Shown here one piece after another: positions 19,408-28,882 of a stretch of 64,000 bases of DNA. Positions within the stretch are counted from its first letter, which is position 1, and each line of letters begins with the position of its first letter. Origin of the DNA: an uncultured Gammaproteobacteria bacterium. GTDB lineage: Bacteria; Patescibacteriota; Patescibacteriia; Magasanikbacterales; UBA922. The notes beneath the pieces are model-generated. The model was not told where the DNA came from. It made no database searches and saw nothing but the letters and a program-made list of their open reading frames with translations. The stretch covers positions 172,215-236,214 of the forward strand of contig CAYFPM010000001.1 of the NCBI GenBank assembly GCA_964345045.1, in the 5' to 3' direction. Position numbers and translations under genes: made by a program.

Positions 19408-19929
19408 GTGAACTGGGAAAATTTTGTCGCAAACTTTGCGAGTCTTTCTATCTTCGCAGGGGTTGTGGCAGTATTGCTTGTAGGTTTGGTCTATTGGGCC
19501 AATACCAACAGCAAAATCTCGTTCACAAAATCTCGGTTGCCCGATGTGGGGAGACCGGGAGACCCCAGCGGTTTTATCATGAGCTCTTGTCGAGCTCCGC
19601 CCGAGCCGATCGAGCTACCCTCTCGGCTACCATCATTCAACCAGCCAAAGCCTGGGCCGGTATTGGTGGTGCGGGGTGTACCTGCGGATCCTGTCCCAGT
19701 ATATCCGACTGAGGACGAGCCAATTACTCTAGAGGTGGATAATAGCCTTGGTGATCCCAACCAAGACAACAGGGATCACACTTTCCGCCCCGGACCAGCG
19801 ACTGGTTCGGTAGAGCTGGTGCACTGCCCCGAACATGGCGATGTAGGTATCATTGCCATAGGGAAATCGGTGGTCTGCCCTGGTTGCAGATCTCGTATTC
19901 CTGTCCCGGGCAAGCAGAAGTCCGCCTGA
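19408..19929 (+). CDS. hypothetical membrane-anchored Pro-rich protein with a C-terminal Cys4 cluster
   Basis: N-terminal TM helix, proline-rich middle, CPEHG...CPGCRSR zinc-ribbon-like C-terminus. GC-rich. A terminator follows at 19988-20021. Confidence 0.4.
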   Translation: MNWENFVANFASLSIFAGVVAVLLVGLVYWANTNSKISFTKSRLPDVGRPGDPSGFIMSSCRAPPEPIELPSRLPSFNQPKPGPVLVVRGVPADPVPVYPTEDEPITLEVDNSLGDPNQDNRDHTFRPGPATGSVELVHCPEHGDVGIIAIGKSVVCPGCRSRIPVPGKQKSA

Positions 19930-20120
19930 CTTCTTTCTAACAGAAAATCCGACGCTAATTGAAATGTGGCGCGTCGGAAAAATTCAAAAGCAACCTAAAG
20001 ATAGGTTGCTTTTGATTTTTAGATTTTACAAAAGTCGATATGTGAGATTGCCACCCTTCGACTTCACTCAGGGCAGGCTCGGACACAACGATTCTAGCAA
20101 TGATAGTAAAGAGAGGTTGT

Positions 20121-20187
20121 CTACTCCCAGACCCCCTCCCCGATGCTTCGATCGGGGCAGGCCAGCTCCCCCTAATAGGGGGAGAGT
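20121..20187. repeat. GC-rich modular hairpin repeat, copy 2
   Basis: Contains CCCCGATGCTTCGATCGGGG and CTCCCCCTAATAGGGGGAG hairpins. The module GCCTGCCCCGATCGAAGCATCGGGGAGGGGGTCTGG is shared (reverse complement) with 40813-40901. Confidence 0.7.
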
Positions 20188-20301
20188 TTTATATGCTACT
20201 ATTGACATATTGGCTAGATTATGGTAATTTTGTTAGTCGCTAAGGTTTGTTTTTTGGCTGCGTTTTTTGCGGCCACCTTGTGACTTTTTTGGAGGTTAAC
20301 T

Positions 20302-20682
20302 ATGCTTTTGGCAAGATGCCAGGCAGAGCTATGGGTACTCTATTCCAAAATAGAGTATCTGGAAAGAGAATTCGCAGCTGAATATAACACTGGCTGCAGT
20401 GGACTCGACCTAATCGTCCCTTTTTTGGAAACAGAAGTCCTTTCCCCCAAGAAACCTGTCTGGCAGAAGGAAGAGGCTCTAGAGAGGCTGAAAAAGTCTT
20501 GTAAAGATCTAGAGGCCTTGGAAAGACAGCTTCTACGGGATCATCCGCAAGCTCGTTTCGAGAAACTTCGTTTCCTCGATGAGCAGTTGAGACTTATGGA
20601 CGAAGGTGAAGAGAAACACGAGCTACGCCTAAGTCATGCCCGAATGACCACCAAGCTCGCAGAATTAAGAAGAGCTGCTTGA
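20302..20682 (+). CDS. hypothetical coiled-coil protein (GC-rich island gene)
   Basis: 126 aa, Glu/Arg/Leu-rich heptad-like sequence. GC3 is elevated. Confidence 0.35.
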   Translation: MLLARCQAELWVLYSKIEYLEREFAAEYNTGCSGLDLIVPFLETEVLSPKKPVWQKEEALERLKKSCKDLEALERQLLRDHPQARFEKLRFLDEQLRLMDEGEEKHELRLSHARMTTKLAELRRAA

Positions 20683-20791
20683 GTGGACTACCTCCCCTCG
20701 CTTTCGACCCCGCCACCACAGGCTGGGTCGGAGCAACAATCAAAAAATAAACAATCCTGCACCATTTTGGTGCAGGGTTTTTTGTTTTGGG

Positions 20792-21331
20792 TTATTTTTG
20801 TTTTTCTGATAAGTTTATTAAATTATTTATGGTTTTCCAGTTTCTGGTAGTTGCAACTACTCCTGTTTTTTTCTCCAAGAATGTATTTGTTAATTTTGTT
20901 TTTCCATAACCATTGGGACAAAATATATAAATTTCTGTGGGAGTTATAAATATTTTTTCGGTTTTATCTTGTTTCTTTTCTATTTCTTCGGTAGCTATAT
21001 TTTTTGGTTTTGTTTCAAACAATGTAACATATAGTTTGGTTGTGTCTGCCTTTGGGAAGGGATTGCCCTTTACAATTTTTTTAAGATCCTGGTTATTTTT
21101 TAAGATAACCGATACTTCGTAGCCCCAGGTTTTTTTGATATTTTTTTCTATTAATTGGGTTATATTTTTTTTACTCTTTATTTTGGAAGAAAAAATAACA
21201 TTGCCACTTTGTATATAAGTTTGTACATTTTCAAAACCTAAAGATTGGTAGAGATCTTTAAGCTCGATCATTTTTATCTTTTTTTGTCCACTTACATTTA
21301 TTCCTCGAAGTAGAGAAATATAGGTTGGCAT
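20792..21331 (-). CDS. DUF1697 family protein
   Basis: N-terminal LLRGINVSGQKKIKM...LGFENVQTYIQSGNVIF is characteristic of DUF1697. Confidence 0.7.
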   Translation of the reverse strand: MPTYISLLRGINVSGQKKIKMIELKDLYQSLGFENVQTYIQSGNVIFSSKIKSKKNITQLIEKNIKKTWGYEVSVILKNNQDLKKIVKGNPFPKADTTKLYVTLFETKPKNIATEEIEKKQDKTEKIFITPTEIYIFCPNGYGKTKLTNTFLEKKTGVVATTRNWKTINNLINLSEKQK

Positions 21332-21348
21332 ATTAGATTTATTATTTT

Positions 21349-21723
21349 TTAATACATTGTATTATTGTTGGCCGATTCTTTTGGTATTTCTTGCATGGCG
21401 TCCCAGTGTTCTACGATCTTGCCATTTTTATCAAAGCGGAAAAAATCCATAGTCACGTACTCTTCGTCACCTGGCCAGACTTGGTGGGTGTGAACGGCTA
21501 CCAGATTGTCTTCGGCTATGGCTCTTACAAATTCTATGGTTTTGTCGGGGTATTCTTTGGCCATTCTTTCGAAGTATTCTATAAAGGGTTCGGTGCCATT
21601 GCCAACTAGGGGATTGTGTTGGATGTATTCGTCGCCTACGTATAGTTCTACTGCTTGGCGAGGGTTTCCTTCGAAAGCTAGTTTATAAAAGGCAATGGCG
21701 TTTTGTTTGTTTTGTAAGTGCAT
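21349..21723 (-). CDS. SnoaL-like / NTF2-fold protein (ester cyclase-like)
   Basis: 124 aa. The pattern AFYKLAFEGNPRQAVELYVGDEYIQHNP...AEDNLVAVH is typical of SnoaL-like domains. Confidence 0.6.
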   Translation of the reverse strand: MHLQNKQNAIAFYKLAFEGNPRQAVELYVGDEYIQHNPLVGNGTEPFIEYFERMAKEYPDKTIEFVRAIAEDNLVAVHTHQVWPGDEEYVTMDFFRFDKNGKIVEHWDAMQEIPKESANNNTMY

Positions 21724-21757
21724 AAATGATTTTGCTTTTGGGATTATTTCGTTTTTT

Positions 21758-22330
21758 TTAATTTTTCTTCCTGGCTCTACGAGTCATATACGCCTCTATA
21801 AGTTGACTCGCAATAACTCCTAGAATTAAGGCGAGTAGGTAGAGGCCGAGTAGGATAAAAAATGACTGGGGCAAGAAGCGCTTCATCATGGCTATACCAA
21901 AGGCAGTGTACCAAGAGACAAAAGATATGCCACCCAGGCCAAAGGCTAGTTTGTGCCATTTGCGGCCCATCTTCTTATGGTGCTCCATATTTAGGTGTAG
22001 CAGATACGGGGCGACAAAGGCGTGGAGCAGGCCGCCGTTTACAGCCAGCACCACCACGACTATCATTTTGACAGCAAAGGCTGGGGAGGCGTTGTAGCTA
22101 GCGGTGCTAGACAGGTAGATTCCGGCTCCGGTAACTACTACGGCAATAAGGGATCCAAGGATAACGTTTTTTAAGATATGCAAAACTTCTTGCTCTTTTT
22201 TTGATATTCGAAAGTCTTTGAGAAAGCGGAAGAAGAGTATATCCGAGATGGTAGCACCACCAAGGCCAATGGCCATGGCGAGGATGTGGAGGGTGAGGAT
22301 TTGGGGGAAAAGGGATTGTAGAGAGGGCAT
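21758..22330 (-). CDS. membrane protein, hypothetical
   Basis: 190 aa, 5 predicted TM helices. Confidence 0.45.
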   Translation of the reverse strand: MPSLQSLFPQILTLHILAMAIGLGGATISDILFFRFLKDFRISKKEQEVLHILKNVILGSLIAVVVTGAGIYLSSTASYNASPAFAVKMIVVVVLAVNGGLLHAFVAPYLLHLNMEHHKKMGRKWHKLAFGLGGISFVSWYTAFGIAMMKRFLPQSFFILLGLYLLALILGVIASQLIEAYMTRRARKKN

Positions 22331-22402
22331 AGGTTATTCGAAGTATAAAGGAGTCTTTAGTATAGGCCATAGCGTCTACTGACGCAAAGGAGAGAGTCCT
22401 AC

Positions 22403-22600
22403 ATGGCATTGAGAAATCGAGGAAGCGACGGGGTTGGCTACCAGCACGTGAACGTCAACAATGGTGGCTACACGAGCGTGGTCGTCCACGATGATGGGAG
22501 GGTGACCTCCTCGGGCTACGAGGTCCGCGACGAGCGGGTCGCCGAGCAGGCCAGGCGGGAGGCCGCCAAGGACAACGGCAAGGGCCGCCGCAGAGGCTGA
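22403..22600 (+). CDS. tiny GC-rich hypothetical protein (65 aa, Gly-rich)
   Basis: AAGGAG SD 9 nt upstream. Third positions almost all G/C. A perfect 15-bp-stem terminator follows immediately. Confidence 0.35.
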   Translation: MALRNRGSDGVGYQHVNVNNGGYTSVVVHDDGRVTSSGYEVRDERVAEQARREAAKDNGKGRRRG

Positions 22601-22604
22601 TCTG

Positions 22605-22656
22605 GGGGCCGGGTCGACGTACAACGTCGACCCGGCCCCATTCAATTATTTTTTAG
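22605..22656 (+). terminator. Strong hairpin terminator (GGGGCCGGGTCGACGT-ACAA-CGTCGACCCGGCCCC, then a T-run)
   Basis: Perfect 15-bp GC stem read directly from the sequence. Confidence 0.55.
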
Positions 22657-22869
22657 AAGTGCAGTGAGACTGTGCTTTTTTATTTATAAATTTTTTGATA
22701 AATAATATGATTCTATCAATAGTTTTGTGAATGATTCTGTAAAGTAGAAAAAGTAAGGATAAATAGAAAAAAATTATAGAGTTTAAAAATATTTGTAGAT
22801 TATCGTTATATTTTGCAATAAAGTATATGACGGCGCCTATATTTGCTACTAGTAATAGTAATGAGGGTA

Positions 22870-23121
22870 TTAGCCAATTGAATATTTTTTTGTTTTGCTA
22901 AGGTGATCGAAAAGTAAATTTAGGGGGGATATTACAAAGATTGTAATTGCGAAAGATATGCTTAGTAATCGTAAATATGCAAACAACAATTCTGAACTGG
23001 TGGTAGCATCATCAATAATGAAAACACCCGCTATTGGTAGAGTTATGAGTAGGTAGGGAATAAAAATACAACTACTTATTAGTAGTATGGTTATTATATG
23101 TTTTAGTGAGTTTTTGGGCAT
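22870..23121 (-). CDS. small two-TM membrane protein (third gene of the candidate defence operon)
   Basis: 83 aa with two hydrophobic helices. The start overlaps the upstream nuclease gene by spacing (stop at 23125, start at 23121). Confidence 0.4.
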   Translation of the reverse strand: MPKNSLKHIITILLISSCIFIPYLLITLPIAGVFIIDDATTSSELLFAYLRLLSISFAITIFVISPLNLLFDHLSKTKKYSIG

Positions 23122-23124
23122 AGA

Positions 23125-23571
23125 TCATTTAATCCTAATTATTGCACCCTTGGGTATTTCTCTCAAGTCGTAGTTAAATCCTTGCCATCCTTTTCGTTTT
23201 GCTGTTGGTGAGAGGGGATTTCTTGGTTTGAACATTTCGGGGACTTGGAGATCGGCAGAGAGATAATAGATAGAACTATTTTTGCCGTTTACTAGCACTA
23301 TATAAAGGGGGAAATATATTCCAGCATCCATGCGTTTTTTTTGGGGAGCCCAGGCTGCCCCCAAAATTGTAGAGGGTAATTGTTCTATATTGGAAACGTT
23401 TTTGGTTTTTACTTGAGCTACATACCCACAAAAATCGCATACCAAATCTGCGCATTTGAAATTGGTTGGCAAGGCTTTTAGGGTTTTACCTTTTTTACAC
23501 TTTGGGCAGACGCAATGCCTGGCAACGAATTTTTCTCCTTGGGTACCGAGTTTTTGTTTTTCGGTGGGCAT
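23125..23571 (-). CDS. PD-(D/E)xK-type nuclease-like protein (Hjc/YraN-like core) with an inserted CxxC...CxxC zinc ribbon
   Basis: GTQGEKFVARH (the G..GE..A motif of the YraN/Hjc family), a CPKC...CDFC zinc ribbon, ADLVCDF...AQVKT as a D...(E/Q)xK catalytic-motif candidate. 148 aa. Confidence 0.4.
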   Translation of the reverse strand: MPTEKQKLGTQGEKFVARHCVCPKCKKGKTLKALPTNFKCADLVCDFCGYVAQVKTKNVSNIEQLPSTILGAAWAPQKKRMDAGIYFPLYIVLVNGKNSSIYYLSADLQVPEMFKPRNPLSPTAKRKGWQGFNYDLREIPKGAIIRIK

Positions 23572-23633
23572 AATGAGGGCTTAACTTTTATTTATATAAC
23601 CAATGCCGGCTAGGTGGAAGAGGGTGCTTTTTT

Positions 23634-25913
23634 TCATATATTTGTAGAATTATTTGAAATGGAAACCATTTCATCGTAGTGTTTTTTATCTAAGTTTTCA
23701 ACAATTTCAAAAATGTTGCTTATAATATTATCTGATTCACCTATTAAATTATTTTCTGAATTTTCATAATCTTCTAGGGGCAAGTGGGAGTATTTATTAA
23801 TAAATCTATATATTTTCTCTTCAATATCTACATCAAGATCAACAGAGTTAATTAAAGCTCTGAAATCGTTTCTTTTTTTAGGGAATTTAAAACTCAAAAA
23901 AGATTCCAACAGTTTTCTGCTCAGGTTTGCAACTTGAAAAGATTTTTCTAAATCCAGTGTTTCGTAATTATTAAAAGAATAAAGTTTTGAAAAAACAAAA
24001 TGGTATTCTGAATTGTATAGGAGTAGTGTTTCCGGGATATTTTTAATAGCGGATTCTCTTGGTGTTTTTGGTAGAATATCGATTTGAAAAAAACTAGATT
24101 TTATATCACTTTTTTTATTTTTTCCTTTAAACCAATCTCTTATTAATCTGAAGAATGTAAAGTTATGAGTTAGCACAAAAAGTTGTTTTGCATTTTCTAG
24201 ATCAGCCTTTATGTATGAATATGCACTAAATAAATTATTAGAATCAAAACTTGATATTGGGTCATCAATTATAACTATTTCATTTTGAATTTGAGATTTT
24301 TCTTTTAGTTTTATTAAAAAGAAAATAAAAGCTATCGCAGTTTTTTCACCTTCACTCAAATTTTTTGCTTTCTTTTCATGGTGTGGCCTGTACACTTCAT
24401 AACCTTTGAGTTGTGGATTAAATTTAAGTTCAATTTCACTATGACTAATAAATTTTGCTAAATTTTTATTGAATTCCTCAGCACCTAGTTCTTCATTTGA
24501 AAGATCTGCTGTCAAATCAAAAATTGTTTTTGATAGAGCATTAATTTCTTCAACTAAAGTTTCTGAGTCCAATCTTGCCTTATTAATATCGTCTAATTGT
24601 TTAAGAAATAAAATGTCCTTTTCAAATTCAGTAGCGTAATGTAACTCCAACTTCTTTTGATTTTTTTTGTATTCCTCATCAAAATTTTTCCAGCTATTAT
24701 TGTGGGAAGATATTGTTTTTTCCAGGATCTCTTTTTTCTCATTGTATTTATCTAAAAAATTTTCTTTGATTTCTTTTTTCAAACCGAGAGGTTTTGAAGG
24801 ATTTTTAAATTTTTCTTCTAAAAGGACTTTCCATTCTTTAAAGAAAATATTTAATTCTTCTATTTCAATATCAAATTGTATCTTTGCATCTAAGAAATCT
24901 CTCTGAAATTCTTTGTAAAAAAGTTCTTTTTCTATCTTTATTTCTTCTTGAATAAGATTAGTTTGAATCCACATTTTTTCCTCTTCAATTCTATTGCGTA
25001 ATTTTTCTAGTTCATCACTAAAATGTTCTTTAAGTTTTTTGATGTGTGCTAGATCAATTTCGTTACCGCAAAATTCACATTTTTGGTCACTATATTTTTC
25101 ATGTATTTTTAGTCCTTTTTCTACCCATTCAGAAATATCTGAATTTTCTTTTAGACGCTCTATTATGCCAACCGATAAATCAAATTCGAGTATTTTTTTA
25201 ACCTTGACTTCCACTTGTCTTAAGGCGTTTAAATCCATTTTTTTGAGTGTATAATCAATGACATCTTTTTCATTCGGTCTAACTCTGTCTATTAGATTCA
25301 ATAATTCTGTTTCATTCAATTTGCCGCTACCTTTCTTAATTTCCTCTTGATTATCTAGAATAAAATTTTTAAATTTTGTTCTGTCATAGTTAAAGTAAGT
25401 TTTGTCTTCAGGTGAAATTGATTGAAAACTATTTTTAATTTCACTAGCTTTTTTTGAAAGTTCTTTTTTTATTTTATCACCGGTTTCTTTAATATATTTG
25501 TTTAGTGTAGCTAGTTTTTTGTTCTTTTCCTCATTTATTTTCTTGTTTGCATCAAGTTTGTTTTTTTCGTCTATTTTTTTAGCTGAAATAAGAAGAATAC
25601 TTTCAATTTTATTGTCCCAATCAATGTTTTCTTTAACGTATTCTTCGTTAAATACATTTATATTTTCTAGTTCTATTAAATCTAATTGGGTCAGGGTGTC
25701 ATTATCTATTTGAATTTTATACTCTACGTTTTCAAATTCACTTGGTAGGCTTCTTTCTTTATGCAAACTATTAAAAAATTTTGACAAGGTGGTCTTTCCA
25801 CACCCATTCCATCCATAGAAAAGATTAAATTTGGAGAATTTATTTAACCTAACATCTGCATTATAATTTGAAAATATCCCTAGATTTTTTAGTTGTTTTA
25901 TTTTGTATATCAT
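23634..25913 (-). CDS. RloC/PrrC-like AAA_13 ABC ATPase with a coiled-coil zinc hook and a C-terminal anticodon-nuclease-like motif
   Basis: N-terminal Walker A FYGWNGCGKTT, long Lys/Glu-rich coiled coil containing KCEFCGNE (CxxC hook), signature LSEGEKTAIAFIFFL, Walker B IVIIDDPISSFD, H-loop VLTHN, and a C-terminal LSRKLLESF...KYSHLP segment that fits the PrrC/RloC ACNase Arg-x3-Glu...His triad. About 25% GC. Confidence 0.55.
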   Translation of the reverse strand: MIYKIKQLKNLGIFSNYNADVRLNKFSKFNLFYGWNGCGKTTLSKFFNSLHKERSLPSEFENVEYKIQIDNDTLTQLDLIELENINVFNEEYVKENIDWDNKIESILLISAKKIDEKNKLDANKKINEEKNKKLATLNKYIKETGDKIKKELSKKASEIKNSFQSISPEDKTYFNYDRTKFKNFILDNQEEIKKGSGKLNETELLNLIDRVRPNEKDVIDYTLKKMDLNALRQVEVKVKKILEFDLSVGIIERLKENSDISEWVEKGLKIHEKYSDQKCEFCGNEIDLAHIKKLKEHFSDELEKLRNRIEEEKMWIQTNLIQEEIKIEKELFYKEFQRDFLDAKIQFDIEIEELNIFFKEWKVLLEEKFKNPSKPLGLKKEIKENFLDKYNEKKEILEKTISSHNNSWKNFDEEYKKNQKKLELHYATEFEKDILFLKQLDDINKARLDSETLVEEINALSKTIFDLTADLSNEELGAEEFNKNLAKFISHSEIELKFNPQLKGYEVYRPHHEKKAKNLSEGEKTAIAFIFFLIKLKEKSQIQNEIVIIDDPISSFDSNNLFSAYSYIKADLENAKQLFVLTHNFTFFRLIRDWFKGKNKKSDIKSSFFQIDILPKTPRESAIKNIPETLLLYNSEYHFVFSKLYSFNNYETLDLEKSFQVANLSRKLLESFLSFKFPKKRNDFRALINSVDLDVDIEEKIYRFINKYSHLPLEDYENSENNLIGESDNIISNIFEIVENLDKKHYDEMVSISNNSTNI

Positions 25914-25915
25914 GT

Positions 25916-26803
25916 TTACACCCCCCTCAACCTATTAACCCTCTCCTGTATCGGCGGATGAGTACTAAAAAGCTTCGAAAAGTTTTTCTTTTTGAAAGGA
26001 TTGGAAATAAAAAGATGAGCCGTAGCTGTGCTAGCCCGCTCTAGCGGCACATTGGACTGGCTAATCTTCTCTAGCGCCCGCGCCAACCCCTCTGGATACC
26101 GGGTCAGTAGCGCCCCACTCGCATCGGCCAAGAATTCGCGCTTACGAGAAATAGCTAGCTTGATCAGCTCGGCAACAATAGGGGAGAGAATAAGGAATAC
26201 CAGCGCTACAATCGCCATAATCGCTCCAGCCCCACCCTGCCTGTCGTTACTCCTGCGACCACCAAAGAGTTGGGCTCGCCAAAACATGTCGCCAATAAGA
26301 GCAATAATTCCTACCAGCACCACCACCACCGTCATAACCCGAATGTCGTAGTTCTGTACATGCGATAACTCGTGGGCAATGACACCCTCTAGCTCTTCAT
26401 TCTCTAGCGCCTCGATAATCCCCGTAGTCACAGCAATCGAAGCATGCTCTGGATCGCGGCCAGTAGCAAAGGCATTGAGTGCCGGGGAGTCTATAATATG
26501 TACGCGCGGCATAGGCATGCCAGCGGTAATCGCCAAATTCTCGACCATACGGTACACATACGGGTTGTCGTCTTTTTTAATCTCTTTGGCCCCACTACTC
26601 ACGAGCGCCACCTTGTCGCCACCATAGTAACTACCAATAGACATAAGACTAGAGATAACCACGGCAATCACAATAAAACTATAACCACCCTCGCCATAAT
26701 ACAGACTAAGTGCATAAGCCACCGCAATAATAAGCGCCCCAAAAATACCAATTAGGAGCCAGGTTTTGCGTTTGTTGTGGTCGATTTGTTGATAGATGTT
26801 CAT
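25916..26803 (-). CDS. htpX: protease HtpX (peptidase M48)
   Basis: HELSHVQNYD (HExxH), N-terminal TM helices. Paired with the upstream LemA gene. Confidence 0.85.
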   Translation of the reverse strand: MNIYQQIDHNKRKTWLLIGIFGALIIAVAYALSLYYGEGGYSFIVIAVVISSLMSIGSYYGGDKVALVSSGAKEIKKDDNPYVYRMVENLAITAGMPMPRVHIIDSPALNAFATGRDPEHASIAVTTGIIEALENEELEGVIAHELSHVQNYDIRVMTVVVVLVGIIALIGDMFWRAQLFGGRRSNDRQGGAGAIMAIVALVFLILSPIVAELIKLAISRKREFLADASGALLTRYPEGLARALEKISQSNVPLERASTATAHLFISNPFKKKNFSKLFSTHPPIQERVNRLRGV

Positions 26804-26920
26804 AGAATATGGCGAAAAGCTAAATGCGAAAAGCGGAAAGGGAAAAATTTATAACAACAATTACTTTTAGCTGTTAGCTATTAGCTTTCAGCTCTCGTAC
26901 ACTATTAGCTGTTCGCTTTT

Positions 26921-27490
26921 TTACGCCCCCAAATCCACCTTCACATTCTCTCTCTCACTCGCATCTTCAATCTCAAAAAACTCAAACTTCTCAAAACTCA
27001 TCATTTTGGCGAATAGATTATTTGGAAAAGTTTCAATCTTGGTATTAAAGTCACGGACCATGCCGTTGTAAAATCTTCTAGAAGCTTGGATCTTGTTCTC
27101 GGTATCACTTAGCTCGTCCATAAGCTGGGCTACATTTTGGTTAGCTTTAAGATCTGGGTAGGCCTCGACAGCAATTTGCAATTTGCCTAGCATGCCACCA
27201 AGCATACTTTCGGCACTAGCTAATTCAGCTGTGTTGCCAGCCTCCTGGGCAGCCATAGCCTGGCTTCTGTACTTAGTTACATTTTCTAGCAGCTCACGTT
27301 CGTGTTTCATGAACCCTTTTACACTATTTACCAAGTTTGGAATTAGGTCGTGACGGCGTTTTAGTTGCACATCTATGTCGCTCCAACCTTCTTTGGTGCG
27401 GTTTTTAAGTTTTACGAGGGCGTTGAATACGGCAATACCCCATAGTACTAGGGCAGCTACAACTGCCAATACTATATATAATGTGTTCAT
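26921..27490 (-). CDS. lemA: LemA family protein
   Basis: N-terminal TM helix plus a conserved LemA core (NALVKLKNRTKEGWSDIDVQLKRRHDLIPNLV). Confidence 0.8.
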   Translation of the reverse strand: MNTLYIVLAVVAALVLWGIAVFNALVKLKNRTKEGWSDIDVQLKRRHDLIPNLVNSVKGFMKHERELLENVTKYRSQAMAAQEAGNTAELASAESMLGGMLGKLQIAVEAYPDLKANQNVAQLMDELSDTENKIQASRRFYNGMVRDFNTKIETFPNNLFAKMMSFEKFEFFEIEDASERENVKVDLGA

Positions 27491-27668
27491 ACATTTATTA
27501 GTTAATTGGTCCTATTGAACCATTGTTCCATTGACCCATTGATTTTTTACAATGGCACAATGAAACAATAGAACAACAAATATTTAAGATATCTTGAAAA
27601 AGACCTTAATCTATGGCATAATCACCCCATTATATTAAGATTATCTACCTATTTAGTCAACTTGCCTT

Positions 27669-28844
27669 ATGGCCACAGTAATTATCTTTATCCTCATCCT
27701 ATCTCTGCTAGTAATTGTCCACGAAGCAGGGCATTTTGTAATGGCCAAGAAGTTTGGCATGAAAGTGTACGAATTTGGTATCGGTTTTCCACCCAGAGCT
27801 TTGGGATTTTACAAAAACAAAAAAACCGGCAAGTGGGTAAAAGTTTCTGGTAAGGGAAAAAATAGTCTCAAAGAAACAGTCGGTGGCGACGAAAGAGTAG
27901 AAGAGTACCCAAATACTTTGTGGAGTTTTAATTGGTTGCCATTGGGAGGATTTGTAAAAATAAAAGGAGAAAGTGGCGAAGACGCCAAAGACGAAGATAG
28001 TTTTGCTCACAAAAAACCTTGGCAAAGAATAGTAGTTTTGGTAGCCGGAGTAGTAATGAATTTTATTTTGGCAGCCGTTCTTTTGTCTGTGGGCTTTATG
28101 ATTGGTTTGCCCACAGATGTAACCGACGGTATTCCAGAAGGAGTAACCATAGTAGAACCAAAAGCCGTAGTAATCCAACAAGTAATGCCAGATTCGGCTG
28201 GAGACGTAGCTGGTCTAGAACCAGGAGACAAAGTTTTGCAAATAAATAATAATCTAATCGGCAGTTCAGCCGAAATGGTAGAAGTAATAAAAGAAGTTGG
28301 AACTACAGAAATTACTTTGCATATAAAAAGAGGTACAGAAAAACTTAATTTGACAGCAGCTCCATTTGCTATAGAGGGAGAAGGCGAAGATCCAAGATTG
28401 GGGGTGCTTTTGGCAGACGCCGCAGTAATTCGCTATCCTTGGTATAGAGCAATTTTTCAAGGTTTTGTTTCGGCATTTTTTGCACTAATTGGAATATTTG
28501 TTTCATTTTTTATCCTTATCAAACAATTAATTTTGGGCAATGGCCTGGCTTTTGAAGTATCTGGTCCGGTTGGCATTGCCAGTGTAGTTGGACAAAGCGC
28601 CAAGCTAGGTATAAACTATTTAATAAATGTAACCGCCATGATTTCACTTTCTTTGGCTGTAATTAACATTTTGCCGATACCGGCTCTAGATGGTGGACGA
28701 GCGCTCTTTGTAATAATTGAAAAGATAATCAGACGACCCGTACCAATGAAGTACGAACAAACCGCCCATACAATTGGATTTTTGTTGCTGATGCTTTTGG
28801 TGATTGTGGTGACGGTTCGGGATGTGTTGGGGTTGGTAGGGTGA
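27669..28844 (+). CDS. rseP: RIP metalloprotease RseP-like (site-2 protease, peptidase M50) with a PDZ domain
   Basis: HEAGH (HExxH) in the first TM helix, PDZ-like middle, conserved C-terminal LDGG motif. Confidence 0.8.
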   Translation: MATVIIFILILSLLVIVHEAGHFVMAKKFGMKVYEFGIGFPPRALGFYKNKKTGKWVKVSGKGKNSLKETVGGDERVEEYPNTLWSFNWLPLGGFVKIKGESGEDAKDEDSFAHKKPWQRIVVLVAGVVMNFILAAVLLSVGFMIGLPTDVTDGIPEGVTIVEPKAVVIQQVMPDSAGDVAGLEPGDKVLQINNNLIGSSAEMVEVIKEVGTTEITLHIKRGTEKLNLTAAPFAIEGEGEDPRLGVLLADAAVIRYPWYRAIFQGFVSAFFALIGIFVSFFILIKQLILGNGLAFEVSGPVGIASVVGQSAKLGINYLINVTAMISLSLAVINILPIPALDGGRALFVIIEKIIRRPVPMKYEQTAHTIGFLLLMLLVIVVTVRDVLGLVG

Positions 28845-28882
28845 ATGTAATTAGTAAATTGTAATGAGTAAATAGATTAACT

